Of a DNA stretch of 64,000 bases, positions 9,877-17,580 are shown piece after piece (the stretch's first letter is position 1; the number at the start of each line of letters is the position of its first letter). The stretch lies in contig JAUWMW010000001.1 in the NCBI GenBank assembly GCA_030612965.1, positions 182 through 64,181 of the forward strand. The letters run 5' to 3'. Source of the DNA: a bacterium. GTDB lineage: Bacteria; Zixibacteria; MSB-5A5; GN15; FEB-12. The notes under the pieces were generated by a model. That model had not been told where the DNA came from. It ran no database searches and was given only the letters and a program-made list of their open reading frames with translations. Made by a program: the position numbers and the translations under genes.

Positions 9877-10149
9877 ATGCCGATCTTTAAGCCAAAGAAC
9901 AAGCCAATCCTGAGATGGAGCCGTATTCTGCATTTCCTCCTGGCCGCCACACTCACGGCCTATGGCGGACACCTCTGGAACTATTCCGGCTCTGTGTGGA
10001 CTGGAGCCGGGACAATCGCCGGCGGGCTGGCTTGGGAACTGTCCAACCGATTTGTCGGCAAGGGCTGGCATCCGTATGCGGACGCCCTCGACTTTTGGGC
10101 TTTTGTGGCCGGGGCTTTGATGGCCGGAGTCGGCTGGAATCTAATCTAA
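9877..10149 (+). CDS. Small membrane protein (lysis accessory?)
   Basis: 90 aa with 2-3 hydrophobic helices. Last gene before a strong terminator. Confidence 0.55.
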   Translation: MPIFKPKNKPILRWSRILHFLLAATLTAYGGHLWNYSGSVWTGAGTIAGGLAWELSNRFVGKGWHPYADALDFWAFVAGALMAGVGWNLI

Positions 10150-10185
10150 ATCCCCTCGTTGTGTGGCTGTGCTCCCACGACGACA

Positions 10186-10223
10186 GGCGGGCGACTCGGC
10201 ATCAGTCGTCCGCCCTGTTTTTT
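10186..10223 (+). terminator. Rho-independent terminator ending the structural/lysis operon
   Basis: GGCGGGCGACT-cggcatc-AGTCGTCCGCC (one G:U pair) followed by CTGTTTTTT. Confidence 0.7.
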
Positions 10224-10260
10224 GCTGGGACCTAAATCGACGTTTTTCGCACGTTTCTTG

Positions 10261-10485
10261 CTAATGTTTGTTGTCCTGCATAGGGTTAACACCGGGACCG
10301 ACTTCCCTCAATACAGTCTTCAATAATCGACCGGGGACCGGCGGGGCCTCGCCCTCCTTGACGAGGATGCAGCCATCCATTCCACATAGCGGGCACGGGT
10401 AGTGCCTGCCGGTCGACAGCTCAAAGAACCGAGCACCACCGCATAGGTAGCAGCTCTTGTGACGGTAACAAGTCACTTCTGACAT
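10261..10485 (-). CDS. Small zinc-ribbon protein
   Basis: Internal ATG at 10485 with a GGAGG 4 nt upstream. The 74-aa product has CYLCGG...CPLCG (two CxxC pairs). Confidence 0.6.
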   Translation of the reverse strand: MSEVTCYRHKSCYLCGGARFFELSTGRHYPCPLCGMDGCILVKEGEAPPVPGRLLKTVLREVGPGVNPMQDNKH

Positions 10486-10558
10486 AAGACCTCCAGCAGT
10501 TAAATCGTTGCGTGCCTTTAGTCTTTTGTCGGCAGAATCACCACTGATCTTTAATGTT

Positions 10559-10762
10559 TCACGTGACACTATTCCACAATGTGCATAGGTCTGTGGAAAA
10601 CGCCGAGTTATCTAAATCGGATAATTGGCTAATTTCTCTAAGGAATGGCTCCTGAGCGACGATCTCGGCATCCACCGGGAAATTACACCTCGATGCCGCG
10701 ATCGGCCCGTCACCGCTATGTATGGTTCTGAGGATTGATCCTACGGATGGTTTTAGATGCAA
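10559..10762 (-). CDS. Hypothetical 67-aa ORF (weak)
   Basis: Acidic, plausible composition, but its start lies inside the U-tract of the upstream terminator and I saw no clear RBS. Confidence 0.25.
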   Translation of the reverse strand: MHLKPSVGSILRTIHSGDGPIAASRCNFPVDAEIVAQEPFLREISQLSDLDNSAFSTDLCTLWNSVT

Positions 10763-10797
10763 AAACCCGCTGCCGGCAGAGGAGGGCGACAGCGGGC
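10760..10797 (-). terminator. Rho-independent terminator (minus strand)
   Basis: Minus-strand RNA reads CCCGCUGUCG..loop..CGGCAGCGGG followed by UUUUUG. Begins exactly at the stop of ORF 10797-11048. Confidence 0.65.
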
Positions 10798-11048
10798 TAT
10801 GAACCGTCAGCTATCCCGATTAAGACACTGACGGAAGTTTGGAGCCGGCCCCGACTGCTTATCGAAAGCGCGCAAAGCAATCGTCCACACCAACCAGGAA
10901 TGACCCGAATGGTAGTACAGCAGACCGGCGTACTGAACTGTTTGGTGGATTTTGGGTGCGGGCGGGGGTGGTTGGCCCGCCAGAGCCGAAGCTCCGTGAC
11001 TGTCGATCCGCACATGAAGTTGAAGCGTTCGATATGTCGCGCCCGCAT
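10797..11048 (-). CDS. Hypothetical 83-aa ORF (weak)
   Basis: Starts 1 nt after the stop of the 40-aa ORF and ends at the terminator stem. Composition is W/C/R-rich and not convincingly protein-like. Confidence 0.3.
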   Translation of the reverse strand: MRARHIERFNFMCGSTVTELRLWRANHPRPHPKSTKQFSTPVCCTTIRVIPGWCGRLLCALSISSRGRLQTSVSVLIGIADGS

Positions 11049-11049
11049 G

Positions 11050-11172
11050 TCATCGTGTTCTGCCTCTTCTGAGTTTATCGTAGAAGCGCAGCCGCCGCCT
11101 GTACCGACGGCGAACTGCTTTGTTCTTGACGTGTTTGATCTGCGCGTGGCGCTCCATGATTTGCGATCTCAT
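11050..11172 (-). CDS. Tiny arginine-rich ORF (40 aa)
   Basis: Hand translation gives MRSQIMERHAQIKHVKNKAVRRRYRRRLRFYDKLRRGRTR. ATG lies 12 nt after the RHH stop. Below the ORF-track size cut-off. Confidence 0.3.
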   Translation of the reverse strand: MRSQIMERHAQIKHVKNKAVRRRYRRRLRFYDKLRRGRTR

Positions 11173-11184
11173 AGCTCGCACTCT

Positions 11185-11370
11185 CTACTTGTTCTGGTCC
11201 GCAAATTCATCGGACCGTTGCTTTTCATCTTCCTCATCCATCGCCCTCTCCAGGAGCCGCGTTGCAACCTTGCTAACCGGCAGGTCCTCAGCTTTCGCCT
11301 TGCGAGTCAGTCGTCGCTTGGTCGCGCTCGGTATCCGGACGTAAAGGATGTCTTTCTTAACTGTACTCAT
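11185..11370 (-). CDS. Ribbon-helix-helix (Arc/CopG-type) DNA-binding protein, candidate repressor
   Basis: MSTVKKDILYVRIPSATKRRLTRKAKAEDLPVSKVATRLLERA fits a beta-strand plus two helices RHH layout. Start chosen downstream of the predicted -10, giving a near-leaderless transcript. Confidence 0.7.
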   Translation of the reverse strand: MSTVKKDILYVRIPSATKRRLTRKAKAEDLPVSKVATRLLERAMDEEDEKQRSDEFADQNK

Positions 11371-11382
11371 TGCGATTGCCAT

Positions 11383-11410
11383 GATATAGCAACCTGCTAT
11401 CACTTGTCAA
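11383..11410 (-). promoter_or_regulatory. Sigma70-like promoter for the RHH operon
   Basis: On the minus strand: TTGACA(AG) - 16 nt - TATATC. The -10 ends about 12 nt before the MSTVKK ATG. Confidence 0.5.
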
Positions 11411-11421
11411 GCACTTTTTTC

Positions 11422-11452
11422 AAAAAAACGCCGACCTGTCTCCAGGCCGACG
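11422..11452 (-). terminator. Strong rho-independent terminator (minus strand only)
   Basis: RNA reads CGUCGGCCUG-GAGA-CAGGUCGGCG + U7: a 10-bp stem with two G:U pairs and a GNRA loop. On the + strand the wobble pairs become A:C mismatches. Confidence 0.75.
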
Positions 11453-11487
11453 TCTGCAAAGACAACCACTCTCAGGAGAGAGTAGGG
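11422..11487 (-). ncRNA. Candidate ~65-nt small RNA or leader in the switch region
   Basis: Bounded by the minus-strand promoter (TTGACA-17-TATCTT) and the terminator. Predicted 5' hairpin ACUCUC-UCCU-GAGAGU plus the terminator hairpin. No ORF. Confidence 0.35.
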
Positions 11488-11493
11488 AACGCC

Positions 11494-11522
11494 AAGATAG
11501 GAGCGGACTTGCGCGTTGTCAA
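11494..11522 (-). promoter_or_regulatory. Sigma70-like promoter (minus strand) driving the candidate sRNA
   Basis: Minus strand: TTGACA (11517-11522), 17-nt spacer, TATCTT (11494-11499). Confidence 0.4.
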
Positions 11523-11667
11523 CTATATTATGTAAATTTAGGAAAAATAATACTTGCGCTCAGGATTCAACAGGGCTATCTTGCCGCCGATGCCAACATT
11601 ACTGACAACCAGAACCATCCTGGTCGGCCTGACCGGGAATTATTTCAGAGCGAAAGGAGTGCCACGT

Positions 11668-11919
11668 ATGGTAAAACCAAGGCTGTTGCGATTCAGCCGC
11701 AGCAAATTGAGACAGTGGCTGGATGCGAACGAGATGGACGCCGGTGACATGATGCGACAGATGGTTAAGGAGGGTCCGGACGATCTTCAGCCATCGAGCA
11801 CGTATATTCAAAACGTCCTATCCGGCCAGACTAAGCGGCCGTCCGCCGACTATGTCTTTCTGTTCGCATTCGTCCTGGGCTGTTCAATCGATGAGCTCGG
11901 GGAACCTTATGACAACTGA
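11668..11919 (+). CDS. XRE/Cro-type helix-turn-helix regulator
   Basis: ATG 11668 is preceded by AAAGGAG. SSTYIQNVLSGQTKRPSADYVFLFAFVLGCSIDEL matches the XRE-type HTH tail. Divergent from the RHH gene. Confidence 0.65.
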   Translation: MVKPRLLRFSRSKLRQWLDANEMDAGDMMRQMVKEGPDDLQPSSTYIQNVLSGQTKRPSADYVFLFAFVLGCSIDELGEPYDN

Positions 11920-12853
11920 CCGCAAACAATTCCATATTGACCGAGGCTCGGGCGTAGGTGGCTCCGACATCGGCGCCTTGTGCGGTGTAAACCCGTTCAA
12001 GACCGAGATGCAGGTCTACCTGGAAAAGGTGGGAGCTGTCGAACCGGCCGAGCCTAATAGCGCAATGAGGTGGGGCACGATCCTGGAGCCGGTGATTATC
12101 CAGGAGTTTTGCACTCAATATAATTGCAAGGTCCAGGTGGGCGTCGACATGGTACGCCTCGAGGGGCATCCTCACATCATCTATCACGCCGACGGGCTGA
12201 TTCTGGATGAGAACGGCGAGGTGTTCGCCCTGCTCGAAGCTAAGACGTCCGGGCCATGGGGCAGGCTTTACTTCGGGCACTCCGGATCGGACGACGTGCC
12301 GCCCGCGTATAATCTCCAGGTACAGCAAGGTATGCTCTGTCATGATCTGGATCGTGCGTTCATGCCGGTGCTCATCTCCGGACAGGATTGGCGCGTGTTC
12401 GAGATCGAACGTAATGACAAGTTGATCAAAGACATGATAAAGGTGGCCGACAACTTCTGGCCCCGCGTCGTGGAACGTCGGCCTCCGGATATCGACGGCA
12501 CGAAAGCCAGCAAGGACTTTCTGGCCGCGCTGTATCCGGACGATACCGGCGAGACGATGAAGGCCGATAGCTATTTGATCGAGTGGGTCAAAAGGCTGCA
12601 CCAGGCGCGTGCGGACAAGGAGGCTGCCGAAGCCGTCGAGCTGGAAGCGCGTAATATGATCATGGACAAGATGCAGAGGGCGACCTATCTCGAAGGTCCG
12701 GGCTTTCGCATCTCTCACAAGAAAACCAAGGACCGGAAAAAGGTGGCCTACCAGAAGGTTGCTGAAGCGTTGAACGCTCCCAAGTCCTTGATCGAACAGC
12801 ACACAACAACCACACCGGGCGGACGGCAGTTCCGGCCCACATGGAAGGAGTAA
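11909..12853 (+). CDS. YqaJ-like (lambda Exo-type, PD-(D/E)XK) recombination exonuclease
   Basis: GVGGSDIGALCGVNPFKTEMQVYLEK...RWGTILEP...HADGLILDE...ALLEAKTS matches the YqaJ family signature. Confidence 0.85.
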   Translation: MTTDRKQFHIDRGSGVGGSDIGALCGVNPFKTEMQVYLEKVGAVEPAEPNSAMRWGTILEPVIIQEFCTQYNCKVQVGVDMVRLEGHPHIIYHADGLILDENGEVFALLEAKTSGPWGRLYFGHSGSDDVPPAYNLQVQQGMLCHDLDRAFMPVLISGQDWRVFEIERNDKLIKDMIKVADNFWPRVVERRPPDIDGTKASKDFLAALYPDDTGETMKADSYLIEWVKRLHQARADKEAAEAVELEARNMIMDKMQRATYLEGPGFRISHKKTKDRKKVAYQKVAEALNAPKSLIEQHTTTTPGGRQFRPTWKE

Positions 12854-13062
12854 TAATGGGATACATACGTCCAGAAGCAAAAGGAATCATCCTGTTGGTC
12901 ATCGTACCTTTGGTTACCTGGGCCAACCAATTGATTTGGAATGCTGTGGCCGTTGATCTTTTCAATGCTCCGGCAATTTCATTTTGGCAGAGCGCCGGAT
13001 TGGAGTGGTTCGTTGCGATGTTTTGGTGGCCATTACAATTAATGAGGATAGGAAAGGACTGA
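12841..13062 (+). CDS. Small membrane protein
   Basis: 73 aa with two hydrophobic, W-rich helices. Wedged between the exonuclease and the next gene. Confidence 0.45.
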   Translation: MEGVIMGYIRPEAKGIILLVIVPLVTWANQLIWNAVAVDLFNAPAISFWQSAGLEWFVAMFWWPLQLMRIGKD

Positions 13063-13065
13063 CCG

Positions 13066-14385
13066 ATGGGAAGCCAATCAAAGAACGAAAATATCAAGGA
13101 GCCACAGCCGGACAATCTGGGAGCGACGGCAGGTGAGATCGTCACGCAAGGTCATGCCTTGCAACAAGTGCGGACGGAATACTTTACCGCCGTCAGGGTA
13201 GAGATGCCACGCAACATGAAACTTGTCGCCGAGAAGGTCTTGGCTGAGGCAAGTCTGGCCGGTGAACTATGTCTCTATTCCTGGGACGTGCGCGACAAGG
13301 GCGCGAAGAAGCATATCGAAGGTCTCTCTATTCAGTCTGCGATGATCTTGGCTCGCAACTACGGCAACTGCGTGGTGGACATCAGCCATGTGATAGATCG
13401 CGTCGACGCTTGGGAGATCAAGGCCGTATTCATTGACCTGGAGGCGGGCGTATCTATTGCCCGGCCATTCCGCAAGGCCAAGCAGACCGGTAACACGGCA
13501 AAGATGCGTGCTAAGGATCCGGACCGTGCAGCCGACATCGAGTTCCAGACCGGTATCAGTAAGGCGGAGCGCAACGTGACCCTTCACGCTATGCCGATAT
13601 GGTTACGGGATGACATGATCACAGCCGCAAAGGATGGGGCCTTGAATAGGGTTGACGCTGCGATCGAGAAGGACGGCATTCAGAAGGTCCGCGAGATGAT
13701 CGCCGACGCTCTGAAGAAGTTCGGCGTCTCGATCGAAAAGATGGAGGACACCGTAGATCTTAAGATGGCGGATTGGTCTAAACACGATATCTTCATGCTT
13801 CGGACGAACCTTCAGACATTGAAGGACGGCATGGCAAGCGTCGATACCGTATTCCCCGGCAAGCCGGTGGACGACGAACCGAAGCCAGGTAAGGAACCAA
13901 AGGGCAAGCCGGACCTGCAGAGCACCGTGGCCGCCAAGGCCAACGGTGAAGAGCAGAAGCCACCGGAGGATGCATCATCTCCGGAGGACAAGGCAGCACC
14001 CGAAGAGGAACCGGAGCCTACGGCCGAGCCGGAACAACCGAAGGCAACAGAGTCCGAGCCGCAACAGCCACCGCCGCAAGCGGAACCGGAGGGGCCAGCA
14101 AACCGCCTGAAGGAATTGATGGCTATGAAAAAAGACCATCTCCAGGTTGAGGCCCTGGAGGCTATGCAGCGTGCGATGGACGCCGGAGTCATAGAGGACC
14201 AATTCGAGGGGGACGGTGACAACACGCCATTCAAGCAGGATATGGTCAAAGAAGGTATCCTGAAGGACGGCGACGTGACATCATCGGCCAACAACAAGGG
14301 GCACCTGGCGCGACTCATCGCCCGGCTCGAAGGCCTGGTCGCCGACAAGAAGGAGACATCGAAGCAAGAACAACTACCATACTGA
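13066..14385 (+). CDS. Putative single-strand annealing protein with long acidic/Pro-rich tail
   Basis: Called mainly from position next to the YqaJ exonuclease. Conserved-looking N-terminal ~200 aa (GLSIQSAMILARNYGNC). The C-terminal PEEPEPTAEPEQPKATESEPQQPPPQAEPE stretch is low complexity. Confidence 0.4.
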   Translation: MGSQSKNENIKEPQPDNLGATAGEIVTQGHALQQVRTEYFTAVRVEMPRNMKLVAEKVLAEASLAGELCLYSWDVRDKGAKKHIEGLSIQSAMILARNYGNCVVDISHVIDRVDAWEIKAVFIDLEAGVSIARPFRKAKQTGNTAKMRAKDPDRAADIEFQTGISKAERNVTLHAMPIWLRDDMITAAKDGALNRVDAAIEKDGIQKVREMIADALKKFGVSIEKMEDTVDLKMADWSKHDIFMLRTNLQTLKDGMASVDTVFPGKPVDDEPKPGKEPKGKPDLQSTVAAKANGEEQKPPEDASSPEDKAAPEEEPEPTAEPEQPKATESEPQQPPPQAEPEGPANRLKELMAMKKDHLQVEALEAMQRAMDAGVIEDQFEGDGDNTPFKQDMVKEGILKDGDVTSSANNKGHLARLIARLEGLVADKKETSKQEQLPY

Positions 14386-14397
14386 GGGAGAACCCAA

Positions 14398-15717
14398 ATG
14401 CGCATAACGAAACTACAGATTCATAACTTTCTCGGCTTGGCCTTTGTGAAGCTCACTAAGATCGGAAAGATCGTGCGCGTCACGGGCGAGAACGGCGTCG
14501 GTAAGTCATCGATCTTGCTGGCCATCAAAGAGAGTTTGAAATCGTCCGGTGTCAAGCCCACATTGATCAAAACCGGCGAAGACACGTCGGAGATCATGGT
14601 GGAGCTGGACAATCGTATTGCTATCCACCGCACGATCACGGGAACCACAAACCAAGTAAAGGTGCGTGTCGATGGTGCACCTCAGAAAAAGCCCGTGGCC
14701 TTCCTGGAGAGTTTACTTGGCGGTCTCGGGCTGAACCCGATCGAGTTTTTCCTGGCCAAACCCCCACAGCAGCGGGCCATGATCCTGAAGGCTCTCCCGG
14801 TGAAGCTCTCGCCCAAGATGCTTGAGGATGTTGTGGGTGAGAGTAAGGTATCCATCGACCTTAGCCGCATCGACTACGACGATCACGGTTTGACGATCCT
14901 GTCCGGATTGCAAAAACACGTCTACGATCTACGCCACCTGACGAATCAGGACGTGACCAGGTTGAAGAAGTCAATTGAGCAGGACACCGCAGATTTGCCG
15001 GAAGGTGTCGATCCGAAACGATGGGACGGTTTTAACCTGGACGCCGCTATGGCAAACCTTGAGGACGCACAGCGGATCACGTCTGAAAACCTTGCCAAGC
15101 AGGACGAACGAAGCATGCTGCGTGAGGGATACGCCAACATAACGGCCGAGATCGAACGCCTCAACGGAAAGCTACAGAAGAACACTGAAAGGGGGATAGA
15201 ACTCACTGCCGAGATCGATGCGTTCGAGGCACCGGACGTTGACGCTATCAAGCAGGAGGTGTTAGACCATCGCGAACACTTGAGCCACGCGGCCACGCTG
15301 GAAGCCATCGAACGCAAGCGGACAGACCTTACAGTCAGAGAGACCGAGCACCGCAGCCTGGATTGGCTGCACGACAAGCTCAACGATGACCTGCCGCAGA
15401 GGTTGATCGAGAAGGCCGACATACCGATCGCGGGCCTGAAGGTTACCCCGGACGGCATCATGGTCGGTGAGACGCCTCTGGATCAATTGTCCGAAGCTGA
15501 GCGGATCATCTTCTCCACGAGTCTCGCTCGTGCACTGTGCGGCCAGGCTAAATTTGTGTGTGTCGACGGCTTTGAAGCGATCGTAGGTAAGCTCCGCAAA
15601 AAGTTCGAGGCCGAGATGGAACAAGACGACATCGAATACTTCATCGCCGAAGCCACGCCGGACGACAAGCTGGCCGTGGACGGCGGAACCCTGTCAACCG
15701 AACAGGAGGCCTCATGA
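14398..15717 (+). CDS. SMC/Rad50/RecF-like AAA ATPase
   Basis: The N-terminal MRITKLQIHNFLG...VTGENGVGKSS forms a Walker A. Has a central coiled-coil-like region and a C-terminal FVCVDGFE Walker B/D-loop. Confidence 0.75.
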   Translation: MRITKLQIHNFLGLAFVKLTKIGKIVRVTGENGVGKSSILLAIKESLKSSGVKPTLIKTGEDTSEIMVELDNRIAIHRTITGTTNQVKVRVDGAPQKKPVAFLESLLGGLGLNPIEFFLAKPPQQRAMILKALPVKLSPKMLEDVVGESKVSIDLSRIDYDDHGLTILSGLQKHVYDLRHLTNQDVTRLKKSIEQDTADLPEGVDPKRWDGFNLDAAMANLEDAQRITSENLAKQDERSMLREGYANITAEIERLNGKLQKNTERGIELTAEIDAFEAPDVDAIKQEVLDHREHLSHAATLEAIERKRTDLTVRETEHRSLDWLHDKLNDDLPQRLIEKADIPIAGLKVTPDGIMVGETPLDQLSEAERIIFSTSLARALCGQAKFVCVDGFEAIVGKLRKKFEAEMEQDDIEYFIAEATPDDKLAVDGGTLSTEQEAS

Positions 15718-16043
15718 TCACTATTTACAAGTATATCTTGGATGAGAACAAAGACATCACCGAAGTCGAGATGCCTAGCGATGCCATCGTCCTTCATGTG
15801 CGTGAACAGAATAACAGGGTATGCGTGTGGGCGAAGGTGAATACTGACAGTGTGACCAGGACGCCTACTGTGCGAGTGCATCGCTTTCTTATTGTGGGTA
15901 CTGGCCGTGAAGTTAAAGTCGATGATGGCGACATCCCAGGTTACACTTGCCGAGAGCTTGTCTATCGAGGCGCCGCGCACCTCGATGGCGGCTGTACTAT
16001 CGCTCACGTCTTCGAGGTTCTGGTGGATGCCAAGAAAAAGTGA
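15714..16043 (+). CDS. Hypothetical protein
   Basis: 109 aa. ATGA overlap with the upstream ATPase gene. Confidence 0.55.
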   Translation: MITIYKYILDENKDITEVEMPSDAIVLHVREQNNRVCVWAKVNTDSVTRTPTVRVHRFLIVGTGREVKVDDGDIPGYTCRELVYRGAAHLDGGCTIAHVFEVLVDAKKK

Positions 16044-16380
16044 CGCCCATAAAGAAGACTATCGCGAGTGGCGCTTGACCGATCACGGCAAGGAGATCTA
16101 CCGTCTGTTCAAAGCCGAAGCTGTCTTCATTGCTGCGCGTCGGTACTACAACCGGGATGTACGGTTCTCGCGGTATTCAGCCCAGGCGATTGTCTATGTC
16201 ATCCGCTATAAGCGAGAGATGCAGCATGGTCCGGAGATCCAAGGTTACAAGGTGCCGAACAATTTCACGCGCTACCTCGGAGCTGAGGTTGTGGCGGAGG
16301 GTGCCGTGCCTCACGGGTTCTTCCCCACGGACGATCCGGAACCAAAACCATCAACTGTTCAGGAGGTCTTGAATGTCTAA
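16027..16380 (+). CDS. Hypothetical protein
   Basis: Internal ATG 16027 (MPRKSDAHKEDYREW...) chosen to minimise overlap with the previous ORF. Confidence 0.5.
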   Translation: MPRKSDAHKEDYREWRLTDHGKEIYRLFKAEAVFIAARRYYNRDVRFSRYSAQAIVYVIRYKREMQHGPEIQGYKVPNNFTRYLGAEVVAEGAVPHGFFPTDDPEPKPSTVQEVLNV

Positions 16381-16675
16381 GGAGGCCGAGTTGTGGGCGC
16401 GGTTTGATGTCAGTGAGGATCCTAACTATCCTGAGCGTCTTGGCAATCATTTCCACTTGTTGCCCCTCGGCGTTCGTACCGATAACTTTGGTGAGATTCA
16501 AGTTGCATGCGCCCCCCGTAACGGCGTAGACGTTGAACAGCTACAGGAGGCATCACGAACCATTGAACAGCGAAAGAAGTGCCCGCGCTGTTATGAATAC
16601 TGGATAGAGCACCGCATTGACAACTTAACAATGGATAGTGCTCAGAAGTCAACCGAACCGGAAAGGGTGGAGTGA
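16373..16675 (+). CDS. Hypothetical protein (CPRC motif)
   Basis: 100 aa with an AGGAGG 6 nt upstream of the ATG. Confidence 0.6.
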   Translation: MSKEAELWARFDVSEDPNYPERLGNHFHLLPLGVRTDNFGEIQVACAPRNGVDVEQLQEASRTIEQRKKCPRCYEYWIEHRIDNLTMDSAQKSTEPERVE

Positions 16676-17061
16676 TGGCCTTTGTAAGGTTTGACCACAA
16701 ACGAGATCAAAACCGTCAGGCACTTGATGGGTGCGTGACTATTGCTGCCTGCGGGATGATAAGAATCTCCCAAAATTTATTTCACGAGGTGTGTCCCGGG
16801 GCCGCCTTTGTTAGTCTTTATTTTGATGAATCCACATCGAGTGTTGCTGTATCTCCTCTGCTGGAGAAGCCTGAGTATTCCGTCTTAAAGCTGTACCGCC
16901 CAACGGGAGGGAGTCGACAGGCCATTGGGATGTCTGGTCGTGGCCTACTAAAGAAGTACCATATAGCAACATGCCAATATCATATCCCCGCCACCATTGA
17001 AACCATTGACGGCAAAAAGATGATCGTGTTTTCTGTAAAAAGGACCGTTAGCAGGCAATGA
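16675..17061 (+). CDS. Hypothetical protein
   Basis: 128 aa. TGATG overlap with the previous gene. Confidence 0.55.
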   Translation: MAFVRFDHKRDQNRQALDGCVTIAACGMIRISQNLFHEVCPGAAFVSLYFDESTSSVAVSPLLEKPEYSVLKLYRPTGGSRQAIGMSGRGLLKKYHIATCQYHIPATIETIDGKKMIVFSVKRTVSRQ

Positions 17062-17124
17062 CCTTCCGGTTACAGCCTGAAGATTGAAACCGGCCTATAG
17101 GCCAATCAAAGGAGTACAGCCACT

Positions 17125-17574
17125 ATGAAGGAACTTGAGGAATACAACGGATCCGAAACCGTTGAGACCGCGCTCGGTGATAAGATCGCCGTCGGGTTGA
17201 AGCTGAAAGCGCCCTACGGCGTCAAGCTACGGCCGTTCGTTGAAAAGTACCGGTCGTTCGTGCACTGGATGCGCAATCAGGGACAGGCAAGTCTGGACTT
17301 TGAGAGCACCGCCGTTCTGGCTGATGCTAAGATCAAAGTCGACAAGCCGGTGAAGTCAAGGAAGGACATGATGATCACGGTTGTATTTCCGTGCGGCGGC
17401 ACGAACGGCTTCGAACTGCAATCGACGTTATTCAACCTGGCGCAGACTAAGACGCCGGTCGATGTCAAGATCGTGACCAGGCCGAAGCCGCCCGCAAAAA
17501 CAACAAAACCAGCGCCCCAGCCCGGCGAGGAAGGAGCAGACAAGCAGGCGACGGCAAAAACATCCAAGAAGTGA
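17125..17574 (+). CDS. Hypothetical protein with basic Pro/Lys-rich tail
   Basis: 149 aa with AAAGGAG upstream. Tail reads RPKPPAKTTKPAPQPGEEGADKQATAKTSKK. Confidence 0.6.
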   Translation: MKELEEYNGSETVETALGDKIAVGLKLKAPYGVKLRPFVEKYRSFVHWMRNQGQASLDFESTAVLADAKIKVDKPVKSRKDMMITVVFPCGGTNGFELQSTLFNLAQTKTPVDVKIVTRPKPPAKTTKPAPQPGEEGADKQATAKTSKK

Positions 17575-17580
17575 TATTTT

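Noticed and set aside
10735-11535. 266-aa + strand ORF spanning the switch region
   Set aside because: It runs antisense through the RHH gene, two terminators and promoter boxes. Its composition is Cys/Arg/Ser-rich and not protein-like, and it has no RBS.
11831-12880. 349-aa ORF on the minus strand
   Set aside because: It is entirely antisense to the well-supported YqaJ exonuclease gene. Its product is R/L/H/G-rich with no motif. It is typical of a shadow ORF in GC-rich coding DNA.
13900-14100. Pro/Glu-rich low-complexity stretch (PEEPEPTAEPEQPKATESEPQQPPPQAEPE), with long antisense ORFs over it
   Set aside because: It is a compositionally biased linker within the 439-aa protein. It is not a nucleotide tandem repeat or a separate gene.
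17062-17124. Hairpin CCGGTT-N16-AACCGG and the 12-bp palindrome GGCCTATAGGCC between two early genes
   Set aside because: It has no U-tract, a large loop and no repeat elsewhere in the window. That is insufficient to call a terminator or a binding site.
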